Assembly: GCF_964355755.1 (NCBI RefSeq)
Contig: NC_092678.1
Location: forward strand, 13,204,352-13,268,351
DNA: 64,000 nucleotides
Origin: Antedon mediterranea
Lineage: Eukaryota > Animalia > Echinodermata
Direction: 5' to 3'
Shown: positions 27,501 through 38,960 of the stretch, one piece after another
Numbering within the stretch: position 1 is the first letter of the stretch
Layout: every line of letters begins with the position of its first letter
Translations under genes and position numbers: made by a program
Notes under the pieces: generated by a model
What the model saw: the letters and a program-made list of their open reading frames with translations, nothing else
Databases searched by the model: none
Told to the model about the DNA's origin: nothing

Positions 27501-30500
27501 TTGTACATCGTCGACGATGGATATTACTTGCGGAGTGCCACATGGATCTGTGCTTGGGCCATTGCTCTTCCTTATTTATGTTAATAATCTGGCTAATGTC
27601 AGTAACAAAATGCAAGTAATATCCTTCGCCGACGACACCACCTTATTTTACTCTAATTCCAATATTGATTTATTATTTACTACATTCAATGATGAATTAA
27701 CAAAATTTTGTGACTGGTTTATTTCAAACAAATTACTTATTAATACTCTTAAAACAAATTATTTAATTTTTCACAATTCTCAACGTAAACTAAAAGTTGA
27801 TGACCTAAATATACTTCTTGACGGAATTCAAATTGAACACAAAACTGAAACACTTTTTTTAGGTGTATATATTCATGAAAACCTCAAATGGACCAGTCAT
27901 CAAAATTACGTTTTGAAAAAAATATCAAGATCTATTAGTATTATTAACAGACTTAAGCACTTCTTCCCTCTAAATATTTTAATTTCTCTTTATAACGCAC
28001 TTGTACTTGTTTGGGCTGCAGATTACTCTTCTAATATTGCTAGATTAACTAAATTACACAAACCAACAGTGGTGTTGGTAGTCTATGAGTGCCGCTTACC
28101 TGGCAGTAAGTATCAACACTCTATTGCAACAGGAAGAAAACTGTGCAAGCTCTTTGAAGACATGTTTACTCTTTCATGTCTCGAAAAGAAATGATGATGG
28201 TGGTTTGTGGGCAGGCTCCCACTTGAGGGCATAGTTCATGGACTATACCATTTGTGGAGAGGGGAATTCAATGAAAACTTCTATTTTTCGAGTTATATCT
28301 CACTCTTCGAGGAGAAGGGGCTATTGTTGGTTTATCCAGGTAAGCTAGGCACGAAATAGACTACAAAAACGTGCAGCTAGAATTATTACTTTTTCACCAT
28401 ATAGAACCTCATCTGAACCCCTTTTTACACGTCTTGGTATATTAAAATTAACGGATATCCACAATTTTCAAGTTGCCAGTTTTATGTTTAATTATTTTAA
28501 AAACCAACCTCCTATTTCTATGATTGATATGCTCTGTAAACGTATCAAATTTCACAATTACAATTTAAGAACTTCTCATTTAAACATTCCTTTTGCTTAC
28601 TAAAACTAAATTGTGTATAACTATATCAGGTCCTAATTTGTGGAACCATATCCCACCAAATATCAAAAGGTCAATATCATTATTTACTTTCCGAAAAAAG
28701 TTAAAGAATCATTATATATCTAAATATTATACTGCTTAGTTAATATGCTTATTATCATTATTTATACTCATATACTATTTATGTTTACACAAAATATTAG
28801 TTGTTGTTTATTATTGCAATCTTTAATATATACTATATATAATGTATATATACTGGAATTATAATTTATGTATACATATTTTTTTTTTCATTTACCAATA
28901 TCGGTAGTTATTTCATTTATAATTATCATGAAACTATTGAAATATAATTTAAATAATTTTTATAAAGAAGATGTTAGTTATGTTATTATACTGTAATTTT
29001 TTATCCTAAATTATATAATTATATATTCTAGGTTATTTTTATTTTTTTAGTAATGTGTTTTGTTGTGGGTCCCTTCGAGACAAGTTTTTAACTTCTAGAA
29101 GGGATCCATGATAATAATGACTACCAATTACTGTTTTATCTATGTTCACTTTAATATCTTTTTTCTATTTTGTATATATTCATTCATTATTATCTAAATA
29201 AATATTATCTGAAGAAGATTTACTTATTCGTCAATATATTGGTAAAAAAATCGTTTTACTAAAATGCACATTTTTTATTAGGCTTCTCGAATTTGCAATG
29301 ACTGTGGAATTGCCGAAGAAGCGATCATCGTTGCCATAAGGTATATAAATGACATTGGAAAGATTATGTATTCCAATAAAGACGAGAAATTAAAGAACAC
29401 AGTAATAACTAATCTTCACATGATGATGCAGATGTTGACAACTGTGATCACAGTATTTCCACCAAATATTGAAGATGTAAGTAGACAAATCATAATAATT
29501 ATCATAGTATTAGAATGAGAAAAAAATAGGTAAAATGTAAATTATATTTTGTTGTCTGACTGGAGTCTTCCAATTACGAAGTGATTTGTAGTAAATATTG
29601 TTTATACTTACTTCTTTGTACATAGAAGAAAATGAAGAATCTATGGGAAAGACTTGACAAAGAAGGTATTCTTGAGGAAGAGTTACTACGTTATTTATGG
29701 ACAACACAAAACCCAGATCACTTCGACATTTTTATTGAAGTGATGAGGGTGTTTCGGTTGCTCTATGAGAAGAAGAGTGTAAGTATTATGTGCATCAATT
29801 GATAATTATAAGCTATTATTCCCTCTCATCAATAATGTGTAATCATCAATGTTTATAATAACAGGTACAAGAAGGTAACCGTGAATTCTTGGTTCCATGT
29901 CGGATGAAAGTTTTTACAAATACTAGTCTAGAAGTGACAAAAGATGACATGCAGATGGTATCAATTTACCTGACTCCGACAGACTTTCTTCCTGAGGCTG
30001 TGTACCACACTTTAGTTGTTGCATTTCTTGAATTGATGACGGGTACAGATAGTGATTATTCAAAAGTGTTCCGGAATCGTAGTGATTTTGAATTTAAAGA
30101 TCACAAAGTCAGTTTAGGTGCCGTACAAATTAAGCGTGAAAATGAAAAACCACACGCAATTAAGGTAGGACAATTAATTGTTAAATATTTCTCACTATGT
30201 TTGTAGCATATAAATAAATACTAGATCAATTATTATATATAGTGCATGTATTACTTATAGTACATATTGGCATAACGCATCTTGTACTACGCACCTACAC
30301 CTACCAACTTAACATATCTCTTATTAAGTAATGTTTACAACAATAACACAAATCAACCAACCAAATTATCAAATGATGTTTACACATCTTTAATAAAGAG
30401 AAAGAAAGGCTTCATCAACAAACACTTACTTTTGATTTACTTTGGTTTTATTACTTAATAGCTGCAAATATATCGTAGGACAGAACATAGTTTCGACACA

Positions 30501-33500
30501 GAAGTTGGTGGCGCCAAACCAAAGAAACGACAACTGCAACCGAGTGTTTGCATAGAGGTAATCATTATTATGCATGGTATTAACACTTCTAAACAAAATG
30601 TAATGTAAATGTAAATTAAATGTAATATCGTACACCACTTCCATGTGTTCAGGTACTAAGTTACTTAAGGGACCAACTACAAACCGTATGCAACATATAC
30701 GAAGGTAGTGGTTACAATCTACGTGTGGTATGCGATGCTTGTAATCCAAAGGAACATCACTTAGTTGACCTTGAAAAGTGTTTGAAGAATGATGTAGTTC
30801 CATGTGGAGAAGATACGACTATGAATACAGCTCATATCAAGCGATATTTTTCTAAAGGTAAATTTGTTTTCTGTTTATGTTCCTTTGTCAATTTCATTAC
30901 CTCATCTTAATTAAATCTCAATCTTTTTTATCATCTTTATTCGTCATTACCATTGATAAATACATCAACAACACACTACAAAATGAACATAACTCGTTTG
31001 GACCTTAGGAGTCTAAAGACATGCGCCTAGCAGAAGTGTTTCAGTTATGCATCACATTATCATTGACGTTATCGATTTACATTTTAATCTTTAAAGAGCT
31101 GCTATATTAATTCATTGAGAGTTTAACAATAATAAATGTATCGTTCCCCTGTATTTTATTTAAAAAAAATAAGATGCTTTATATTTTAGCAAAAGAGTCT
31201 ATAGCTCTATTTCTAGTGACTCTTAAGCAAATAAAAGACACATTGCTTCTAATTTTCCTATTATTTGAGGTAAAATCACTGATTAACATAAATCAAGAGA
31301 TGAAAAAATCCTCTGCGATCCAATCTGGATCTTGAAAATAATAATAATAAATAATATATTTATACAGGATAAAACAATCAAATAACAGTGTATCTGTTTT
31401 ACATTGTGGTCCTGTCTTAATAATAATCAAAATATACAAACGAGAAACTTAATTAAATATAATACAGTGTTTATGAAAAGAAATGAGATTTGTATCTAGC
31501 CTTAAAGGAAGTAATAGTTGGTGCCGATTTAATATTAATTGGTAAACTGCGCCTGTAACTTTAAAGGACGAATTCGTTTTACTACAGGTGTATTTAGGTA
31601 TTGTTACATTCAAATTTTCTACTCCACGTGTTAAGTGGGTGTGAATATCGCGAATAAATTCAATTTCATTTACTAATCTAATTGGTGCAAGGCTGTAAAC
31701 ACATTTATACATTAGACATGCTAGGGAGAAATCTCGTTTCTCTTCAAGAGTTTACCACGACAGGTTCTGGATGATGATGTCACCTCTTACATTAATATAT
31801 TCAAAGTTGTTTGTTACAATTCGAGCAGCTCTTTTTTTATGTCGCTTTAAAATATTTTTGTTTAACTCTGTCGTATTTCCCCAGACTGTTATAGCATAAT
31901 CACTACAAGGCTGAATTGTACTTATATAAGAGTTTCTAGTAACGGTTTACTTAAACTACTAGCCATTTGGATCAGCATATGTTGAATTTCAATGATATAT
32001 TATATAATTATCAAAATCCATAGTAATTATATGAAAGTGGTCAAACATAGCTACTGAAACAGAACCAAGTTTTGAATGTTGGACACAATGGTTGATTTTG
32101 GACCCTGTTACTTGTTTTATTAACCGTCCTTATTATTGAGGAAATCCCAGATTAGGCTGTCATTAATAATAACAATACTCTTTATTTCATATTCAAATGT
32201 ACATATACAGCATTAAAGATACAAAGCTCTTTAACTAATATACATAATTACATAATAAAACAATACACTAATAATACAAAAGCCCATGGACCACAAACCA
32301 CCACAAATCATTATACTTACTGCCTTATTGAGATCTGTTAAAGATATTGGTCAGAGGTCGGATTCGATTGACTTGGGGGATTGACTTTAGGAATAGTTAC
32401 TATGTTTCAGCTTTCCATTCGCTATTATTTATATTACTATAGTTGCTACTGATGCTGATGTTACTCCAGTTACACCAAATGAACCAACCTCAATGCCAGG
32501 TTAGTTGATTGTTTATTTTGTCCAACTCATCCAATGTTTCTAGTTTCAGTTTGAATTATCAAGATGTACTGTAGGCTATAACATTTTCCCTTTTTGTCTT
32601 AACATCAATAAAACAAATATCATTTAAAATGAACAGGGGTGGATCTATGATTTTTTTAAAGGAGAGCTACATATAATATTATAGTAGTTCATAATTTCAT
32701 TTTTAGCTGTAAAAAGGAGGGAGCTTGCCCTAAGTACAACGCCCTAGATCCACCCCTGTTAATAATTGACAATAGGGACCTACATATTTTTGTAAATTAC
32801 ATTAAGGCAAGGTTTACAATTGGAAGAGAATGGGTTTTGAAAAACATTCATTTTTAAATAATAACAAATATAATGTCAATACAGCCTTGTAGAATAACAT
32901 CAAATAATGGTAAAACAAGCTATCGTGTTTAAAGAAAGTTATAGTAATAATAATATTCATACTATTAGATCAACAAACGAAATTCTCTTCTACCAAATCA
33001 CATAAAATCTGAACTTCATAATTAGTCCTTTACTACTTTCAAATCTTCACTTTGGGAAATATATATTATATATACCTAACTTTTTCTTACCTTTATCCGC
33101 CTTTTTCTTTTTAATTTTTATATGTGTTACTATGTTGTATTCACTGAACCACCACTTTGTAAATCATTAAATTTGAATTGAAAGTAGATTTCAGTTTAAA
33201 GAAAGAACAAATAAATAAATGTCAAATATCAATCCTCAGGACATAAGGACATACTATATACAAAAAAGAATATTAGAATATAAAATAAATAAATCCACAT
33301 ATATTGTACAGTTTCGACTCTTTAACACATAATGATATTATTATTAATAAAGCGTATTATTACTATTATTAGAATTGAATGATGACGATTACAATGAACT
33401 GCTCACCGATGTATCTACTTGGTGGAAGAAACGTGGAAACATTCACATGCTGAGAGTGTTACTTAGCGAGTTCACGAATCGTGATACAACCATTACTTTG

Positions 33501-33927
33501 AAAAAAATAGAGAGTGAAAGTACACCATATCATCTGCTTGGTCTACTTGAGGGTCCTGGACTTCTCAAACCGGCAGACATTGGTATCCTCATTGAAGCTA
33601 CTAATATATGCGGACTTCAGGGAGTTCAAGACGTGATTGCAAACATTGTAAAATTACCGAACTTCAAATGCATTCCATTCAAACATTTTTCTGAGCATCG
33701 AAGAAAATTGATAGCGTTTGGTCAGCAATTGAATACAGAGAACATGGTAACCATTGGCCGCCTTAAAGGCATTAAGGAGGTCAACAAAGACACAGATCCG
33801 TTTTGGTTAATCTTGAAACTGGAAATGAAAGGCACACTTGCAGAAGGAGAAAAGATGGAGAAATTCATTACACTGCTTACAGATAGAAAGATGACGAACG
33901 AAGTGGATGCATTGGCAACACTAAAAG
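1..33927 (+). CDS. Multi-exon Roco-family gene, 5'-truncated by the window: ankyrin repeats - Roc GTPase - COR - tandem DED-like domains
   Basis: GT-AG exons join in frame: <1-91, 584-688, 3523-3627, 6999-7103, 9059-9169, 10042-10149, 10746-10830, 10959-11124, 11352-11449, 11679-11747, 12495-12640, 13935-14024, 14155-14346, 15305-15550, 29282-29476, 29626-29778, 29865-30164, 30462-30557, 30653-30857, 32443-32499, 33373-33927 (or read-through to the stop at 34031). Splice phases are compatible throughout. The true 3' end is uncertain. Confidence 0.88.
719..2138 (-). mobile_element. Non-autonomous Helitron
   Basis: On the minus strand it starts 5'-TC(TATATA) and ends CTAG-3', with a terminal hairpin (CTAGATGGTA...TACCATCTAG). 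It is inserted between A and T with no TSD. The empty site TTATATGA|TTACACC is visible in the paralogous intron at 113-127. Confidence 0.85.
2281..2477. mobile_element. MITE (PIF/Harbinger-like)
   Basis: TIRs AGCTTGGTTCCCACTAG / CTAGTGGGAACCACGCT with TAA/TTA flanks; a second copy lies at 10162-10332. Confidence 0.8.
2821..2935 (+). pseudogene. 5S rRNA-derived sequence (head of a SINE)
   Basis: TACGGC.TACCACGTTGAAACACCGGTTCTCGTCAGATCACCGAAGTTAAGC...TTAGTGCTTGGATGGG...CTGGGAATATCGGGTGCTGTA follows the metazoan 5S rRNA sequence with several substitutions. Confidence 0.85.
2821..3177 (+). mobile_element. 5S-derived SINE (SINE3-type)
   Basis: 5S head, ~210-bp unrelated body and an (AATAAA)-type tail. 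It is absent from the paralogous intron copies. Confidence 0.65.
3640..4135 (+). mobile_element. Degraded LINE ORF2 fragment (Rex1/Babar-like)
   Basis: Broken frames read KGNREELKRVQK, YKRKIENN...NDMKKVWTGM and LFRKLK..KA...DSIQSKVLKACG. Confidence 0.5.
4880..6960 (+). mobile_element. 5'-truncated CR1-type LINE (RT fragment and 3' end), interrupted at ~5689-6655
   Basis: SGVPQGSILASLLFNIFVN, IFADDLKIYK and YRDLGI motifs. The C-terminus resumes after the insertion (RNLRSKPFFHVKFSRVN). Confidence 0.85.
5689..6655 (+). mobile_element. Helentron/HINE (DINE-1-like) non-autonomous element with a duplicated 5' module
   Basis: T-rich ends, sub-terminal AGTCG...CGACT inverted repeat, and (GTCG/GTCT)n microsatellite at ~5727 and again at ~6559. 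It ends GCACGCGACT...TTGTTTT and is inserted into a T-run of the CR1. Confidence 0.65.
7160..8845 (-). mobile_element. 5'-truncated CR1/L2-group LINE ORF2 (RT), frameshifted
   Basis: NYRPISILPILSKIIE, LDLKKAFDTVDH, GIPQGSILGPLLF, YADD and LQNRAAKIIT motifs. Confidence 0.9.
10162..10332. mobile_element. MITE, second copy of 2281-2477
   Basis: Same TIRs, with a TTA target-site duplication. Confidence 0.8.
10959..14346 (+). CDS. Roc GTPase domain exons
   Basis: P-loop MFLGKEGAGKTS (10959-11124), switch I STDGI (11352-11449), G3 IWDYAGQLDYFITHRFF (12495-12640/13935) and G4 LVATHID (14155-14346), all typical Roc motifs. Confidence 0.92.
15305..30857 (+). CDS. End of Roc and COR domain exons (split by a 13.7-kb intron, 15551-29281)
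   Basis: IPLKWLDFQERL, AIRYINDIGKIMY, EGILEEELLRYLW, FLVPCRM and FLPEAVYHTLVV match COR-type motifs in order after Roc. Confidence 0.82.
15593..16173. repeat. Near-identical ~210-bp direct repeats (15593-15805 and 15961-16173) around a ~155-bp spacer
   Basis: TTTTGCTACTCGGAGACTGCGGC...AAAAATAGCCC occurs twice. The spacer segment 15843-15964 recurs at 22391-22512. Confidence 0.9.
17677..18500 (-). mobile_element. Helitron, internally deleted copy of the 719-2138 family
   Basis: Same termini (CTAGATGG... and ...TTACGTAAATTTATATATAGA) and shared internal blocks, with an A|T insertion site. A terminal fragment also occurs at ~42805-42847. Confidence 0.8.
19880..21310. repeat. Minisatellite of 35-36-bp units plus ~120-bp higher-order variants
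   Basis: Unit ATGTGCGAGTCGTTATCGCACGACATATAAA(C)ATTC is repeated more than 25 times in tandem without spacers. Confidence 0.95.
21342..21752. repeat. Tail-to-tail inverted pair of tRNA-SINE fragments forming a ~370-bp palindrome around (TA)n
   Basis: Arms 21382-21550 and 21584-21752 are near-perfect reverse complements. Confidence 0.85.
21914..22115 (+). mobile_element. tRNA-derived SINE-like element
   Basis: A box TGGTCTAGTGG and B box GGTTCGAATCC in a tRNA-like 70-nt head, followed by a conserved body and a (TA)n tail. Multiple local copies. Confidence 0.7.
24331..25179 (+). CDS. LINE ORF1 (coiled coil plus L1/Tnp_22-type RRM)
   Basis: Intact 282-aa ORF with LEGRQRRNNLRFTGIPE, RAHRVG..KPRPLVAYF and IYVNDDFT motifs. 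Confidence 0.88.
   Translation: MGNVENNEPNISNFNISAAEPNTWLSTFIKSIMGCKTIADIKSTLCDAVTKIVSLEKDITILNLEITGLQKELINLHADMQENSDFMDVKLKDIAEDTQQSTTECIEEIRDKIDNLEGRQRRNNLRFTGIPEQAEDSEGTVNFLSSFISNTTGIKIANGDIKRAHRVGPRNTTRDKPRPLVAYFLRYSTKERVRKAAPKVRPKFKDNNIYVNDDFTSRVISRRMALYSSMKYLHSNKVKAWLHLDKLRYIDTNGYVRTFIDMDHLAKYYPNLKEAHAPEATE
25363..28730 (+). pseudogene. LINE ORF2 (APE endonuclease plus RT), CR1/L2 group (Crack-like), disrupted
   Basis: HLNIRS, GISETWL, MGDFNIDL, SDHLP, NYRPISLL, DLSKAFD, GVPHGSVLGP and FADD motifs. In-frame TAA at 27469-27471, ~290-bp foreign insert at ~28060-28350, and frameshifts. Confidence 0.92.
31330..31965 (-). mobile_element. 3' fragment of a CR1/L2-group LINE
   Basis: Minus-strand TIQPCSDYAITVWG, KRAARIVT and MYKCVYSLAP, with an (AAT)n tail. 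Confidence 0.7.
32634..32758. mobile_element. Short MITE
   Basis: 14-bp TIR CAGGGGTGGATCTA / TAGATCCACCCCTG. Confidence 0.6.
33373..33927 (+). CDS. Exon encoding two tandem death-effector-domain (DED)-like units
   Basis: YNELLTDVSTWW...LRVLL...HLLGLLEGPGLL..DIGILIE is followed by FSEHRRKLIAFGQQL...LILKLEMKGTLAEG. This resembles the caspase-8/cFLIP tandem DED pattern (ISAYRVMLYQI...IEMEKRVILGEG), judged by eye. Confidence 0.65.
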
Positions 33928-34088
33928 GTGAAACAAAGCAGTATAAGCCCATTGACAAATTCAGCAGAAAAGAGTTTGTAGTAGAATGGTTTGAGGGAAT
34001 TGAAAACAATTATGATAAAAGGTTATTATGATGTTATATTTATCAGCATGGGTATTGTAACTACTGTACTAAAATACTTTCTTTATAG

Positions 34089-35547
34089 GCTGAACAATCA
34101 AGAATTGAAGCTGGACCATCAAGTAATACAGAAAGTATGTTTTTTATTTTTTTTTCTCTTTAATAAAAAGTGAAAATTGTGTTACAAATTCACTTTGAGT
34201 ATTGTACTTATTTAATAGCATTTGTATACGTTTTATCGATCTAATAGGGTCACAAACTGAATTTTATGTAAAAATAAATACTATATTGGCCTATAATGTT
34301 TTCGTCTTTAAACGATATAGATGAGAATAATAAGTTGTTTCTAATAATTTAAGTTGCCTGTCATGCATACCAGCATGCATCGCATGCAAATTGATATTTT
34401 TTAACCTAATCTATATTTAAAGCATTTAGTGTATAGCAGTCAAATAATTATTTTTGGAACTGAAGTTTAATGAGGTGCAGTTAAGGTTTATGTTCTGCTG
34501 TGGTACTTTAGTGAATGATTTCAATGCCATTTTACAAATTGTATTACAGTTTGGTTCTATAAAGTTACCAAAAAGTAACAAAAAATTTGAAAAATATATA
34601 AAATAACAAGTTAAATCTTAATATTTTATGTTGTGGATTAGTTTTCTTTAGAAGTTTAAATAAAATATTATAGTAATAGTATTCATCATCATGGATATTG
34701 TAAATATTTTTCTAAAATACTTTCTATAGGTAAATGATCAAGAAGAAGTAAAGCTGGACCATCAAGCAATGCAGAAAGTATGTTTTATTTCAATAGAGTT
34801 AGAGTCCTAATATTCTACTTATTTAGACTTTTATTGCAGAATTGTGTAATTCCTTGTTTACATTAATATTTTTTAATTGTGAGTTGCAGTTCTTATTTTG
34901 ATAGTATTGAGGCATTTTCTAGACTGTTTACAGTATGGTATATATGTAACTCATTGGCGAAAATACCAGGAGTGGATTGCAGTAAGGTCTTAAGCAGCCT
35001 GGTCTTAGACTTAAGCCCAAGATGAAACCCTGAGCAACGATGGTCTTAGATTAAAGATCATTGCAATATGAAGTCTAAGCCTAAGACTATCAACGATATG
35101 GTCTTAGATTTTATGCCTCCAGGCGTGCCTAGGGGCGCGATTCGAACATGCAGCCGCACGATGCGAGCGCACAAGTTAAAGTACCTAGGCCAGCAATAAA
35201 TATCATGGCGAATTTATAAATTGAATTATTGTTATAGTAATTTAATAAAAAACAATTTTTCTATTTCTTTTATTTTTTAAATATTTCATAGATTTATATA
35301 TATATATATATATAAAACCAAAAACATAGAAATTTGTATTTACTTTGTTGTAGAATTATCAGCCAGCAACAACAACAGTATCTGAATGGTGTGATGAACA
35401 TTCCCAAAGAAATCTAAACAAAATGAAAATGGCAATCAGCGAGCTAAATTTCAAGAGTAGGAAGACAAGATGAAAGAATTCATTAAGAAACTTGATGAAA
35501 AGAAAATAATTAATGAAGTTAATGAATTGACGAGTTTAGATAATTGA
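34089..35547 (+). pseudogene. Degenerate duplicated 3' exons of the Roco gene: two paralogous mini-exons and an internally deleted DED-exon copy
   Basis: 34089-34134 and 34730-34777 share AAGCTGGACCATCAAG...CAGAAA|GTATGT. 35354-35547 encodes VSEWCDEH..NLNKMKMAI and EDKMKEFIKKLDEKKIINEVNEL, matching the start and end of the 33373 exon. Confidence 0.55.
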
Positions 35548-36094
35548 TATTTCCATTCCAATTTTTTACTACTCCACTCACAAAGACTTTTAATAAGACT
35601 TTGTGTATGTAAAGCATCATGTGTACATGATTGTCTTATGAAACTCTGAGGGTCCCTAATGATCAGCAATTGCTAGACGGATCATCATCATTAAATATGG
35701 TTTTAAAAAAAAGTGACATAACTGCTATGAGCGCTCACTGGCTAAACCCAGGGGCCCCAGAGCTTATGGGAAAACGGGCATTCAAATATGTCGAAAAGGG
35801 CTAAAAATGTCCAATGCCTACAGCGTTGGAGGGCCACTTAGGTTTCCTCAACCAGGGGCCCTCTGCGTTATGCTTTGCTACTGCTTACCAGGCTTTGCTA
35901 CTGCTTACCTGGAGAGCCCCTCTCTCCGAAGAGAAGTTTAACATATATAACCATATCAACACCCCCACCCCACCCGATAATGGTATAGTCCATTCAACAT
36001 CGCACACTAATGAGACACACCTACATCAGATTGTCTTCATTTGTTTTAACACTGTTTTGTGTGTACGTCAACAAGAAACGAACTGAAAAAGTGA

Positions 36095-36842
36095 AAAAAA
36101 CAAAGATAACGAAGCGAAGTGACATACTCTGTTATCACACTAGTGAAATATGTGAATTAGTACAGGCTTTGCTATCAGTGATTCGTTGAAAATCGATATT
36201 TTAGGGTGTTCCCTAAAATAGAAAATAAGAGATACGTTTAAACCGTTATTCTAGGCTAGGAGAAGACTAACTAGAATAGAAACCGATACATTCTAAGAAT
36301 TCCTAAGTTAAACTACTAAGAAAACAAAGATAATAAAGCTAAGTGTCGTACTCTGTTATCACGCTAGTGAAATACGTGAATTAGTACAGACTTTGTTATC
36401 AGTGATTCGTTGAAAATCGATATTTTAGGTTGTTCCCTGAAATAGAAAAAAAGAGATACGTCTCAAGCCGTTATTCTAGGCTAGAAAAAGATTAGAATAG
36501 AAACCGATACGTTTCTAGAACTCCTGAGTTGAACTACTAAGAAAACAAAGACAACAAAGCGTCAAACTCTGTTATCACGCTAGTGAAATACAGGAATCAG
36601 TATAGGCTTTGCTATCAGTGAATCGTTGAAAATCGATATTCTAGGATGTTCCCTAAAATATAAAATAAAAGATACGTTTCAAGCCGTTATTCTAGGCTAG
36701 AAGACGACTAACTAGAATAGAAACCGATACGTTCTTAGAATTCCTGAGTGGAACTACTAAGAAAACAAAGATAACAAAGCTAAGTGTCGTACTCTGTTAT
36801 CACGCTAGTGAAATACGTGAATTAGTACAGGCTTTTCTATCA
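36095..36842. repeat. Tandem repeat, ~220-bp unit, ~3.4 copies
   Basis: AAAACAAAGA...ACTCTGTTATCAC(A/G)CTAGTGAAATA...GTTGAAAATCGATATT recurs at ~36097, 36321, 36542 and 36762. Confidence 0.9.
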
Positions 36843-37583
36843 AGGATTTGTGGTTTCGTGAATATGCTGGATCAACTTCAGTATTGAATTATCTTATGGC
36901 GGGATCAGTCCACTTATTTGTATAACGTTATTTATAAGTAAAGTTGGCTCTGGTTTTTTTTTTTATAAAGAGAGCCAGTTGAAATATAATGCCCTATCAT
37001 TGGGGGGAGGCGTGGTGGTGTGGTATTTTTTAGAATTGGTTCAACCATTGGTATGTGATTATTTTGTGAGGAAACATCGCTGAATCATTTCAGATTAAGT
37101 TATAATAAGGCAAATTGCGTATTATAGATTACATTATGAATCAAACATTTACACTCTACTGATTGGTTGAAAGTTGCACATGATTAAATATATTTTAGAT
37201 TATTGTTTAACAAATAGTAAATACTATTATATAAATGACGTCACATGACTACTAATGCACATTCAGCTTTTTTTTGTAATTGAAAACCAACCAGTAGAGT
37301 GCGCCATTTGTTTTGCTTAGCTGCAAAAATCCGAGCACCACATTCTTTAACTAGAGCCTTATTTTGACATTCGATTCAAGGTGGAAGTGACGAATAAATT
37401 GAATACAAATTTACTTTAGAACTGTAGGTGTGTTTAAATGTTTGATTCATAATATAAAAACAAATATACATTGGTTGTCTACTTATTTATATTGTAGATG
37501 TATGCGTCAAGATTTACTTGTTAGTATGATTATCTTGGGTCATAGTTTGTGGAACCAAAGTACACTCAACTGCTCTACATGTT

Positions 37584-37586
<3 letters not shown>

Positions 37587-37640
<54 letters not shown>
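37587..37640. repeat. (TA)n microsatellite
   Basis: Direct observation. Confidence 0.95.
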
Positions 37641-37644
<4 letters not shown>

Positions 37645-38960
37645 ATTTTACATATTTGATTTTGTTTATTATGTTACAAGTTACTTTCCTCCTATTATCT
37701 CAAGTCTTATTTTTGTATTTACCTTTTTGTTAATTTAATGTTTTTTTTGTTGTATATTTGTAAATTTGATTGGCTATAAATAAATAAGAATAACAAAGTT
37801 ATATTTTTGTAAATAAAAGTGAAAAAATGAATACATTTTGATTATGTTTTATCACGGTTTTGTATGACATATCATTATATAACTAAAACACAAAAAAGTG
37901 TATGCAACAATGGAAGCTAAGAAATTAATTATTATATATTAATTAAATACAGTTGGAGCTCTTGTAAACGGCCACGGCCACTTATTTTTACTAAAAATTA
38001 GATTTTTTTGTATGGTAAATTACCTCCACTAAGCGGAGGACACCCAAACAAATTGTATTGAATTTTGACAACCAAAATACACTTTTGATACTTATTGTGC
38101 TTTATTTTGAAGCGGTTTTAAAAACATTTCCGTGAAGAACATTCCTGTGGTTTTTAGATATGATGAGAAAACTACACTGATTATATATTACATCGATTGT
38201 ATAAACTAATTTACAAGATATATTATGCAAATATTGAGGCCACTTGTTATCATTATGAAAACTCACAAATAATCACATCTGATAACTTATGACAATATTG
38301 ACAATGATTGGTTGAAATAATGTATATTTACAGTGTTTTTTTTTAATTGTCATTAATTCTTCTTTTATATCTAATATATTTCATAATTTAATAGATATGC
38401 TTGAATTCTCTGCTTATCAACTTTTTCATCTATTTATGCGAGTTGACATTTATTTATCAAGCATAGAAGGATGCAAAATACAAAACAGATAAAGAAACAT
38501 TGAAAGGGGACACAACTAGAAGATACATCATCTTATTGAAGCTACTATTAATATATTTCAAATCATTGGTGGCGCTGTTGAAAATAACTTTATAAAGTTA
38601 TAATTATTTGCAATTACTTTGCAATTAATCTAATAATCATTGATGCATTCACTCTCCTGACACTAAGACAAACTTTTACATGTACACTCCTAAACCTACG
38701 AAAGCCTATTAGGGCCAACAAAAAAAAATAATATTGCTTTCACAAATTCGAAATAACGAATTATTAATTCGTTTTCTCGAATTATTAATTCGTTATTTCG
38801 AATTTATTTAAGTAATTTGAAATTTCGAATTATTAATTCGAATTTTCAAATTAGTAATTCGTTATTTCGAATTAAATAATTCGACTTCTGCCCTTTCTAA
38901 TGACATCCAAACCATCCCGGATTACATTAGCTCATAGGGTGCTAATGCAATCTGGTCATC

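Noticed and set aside
37430-37738. ORF with a YIYIYI run
   Set aside because: It is a translation of a (TA)n microsatellite.
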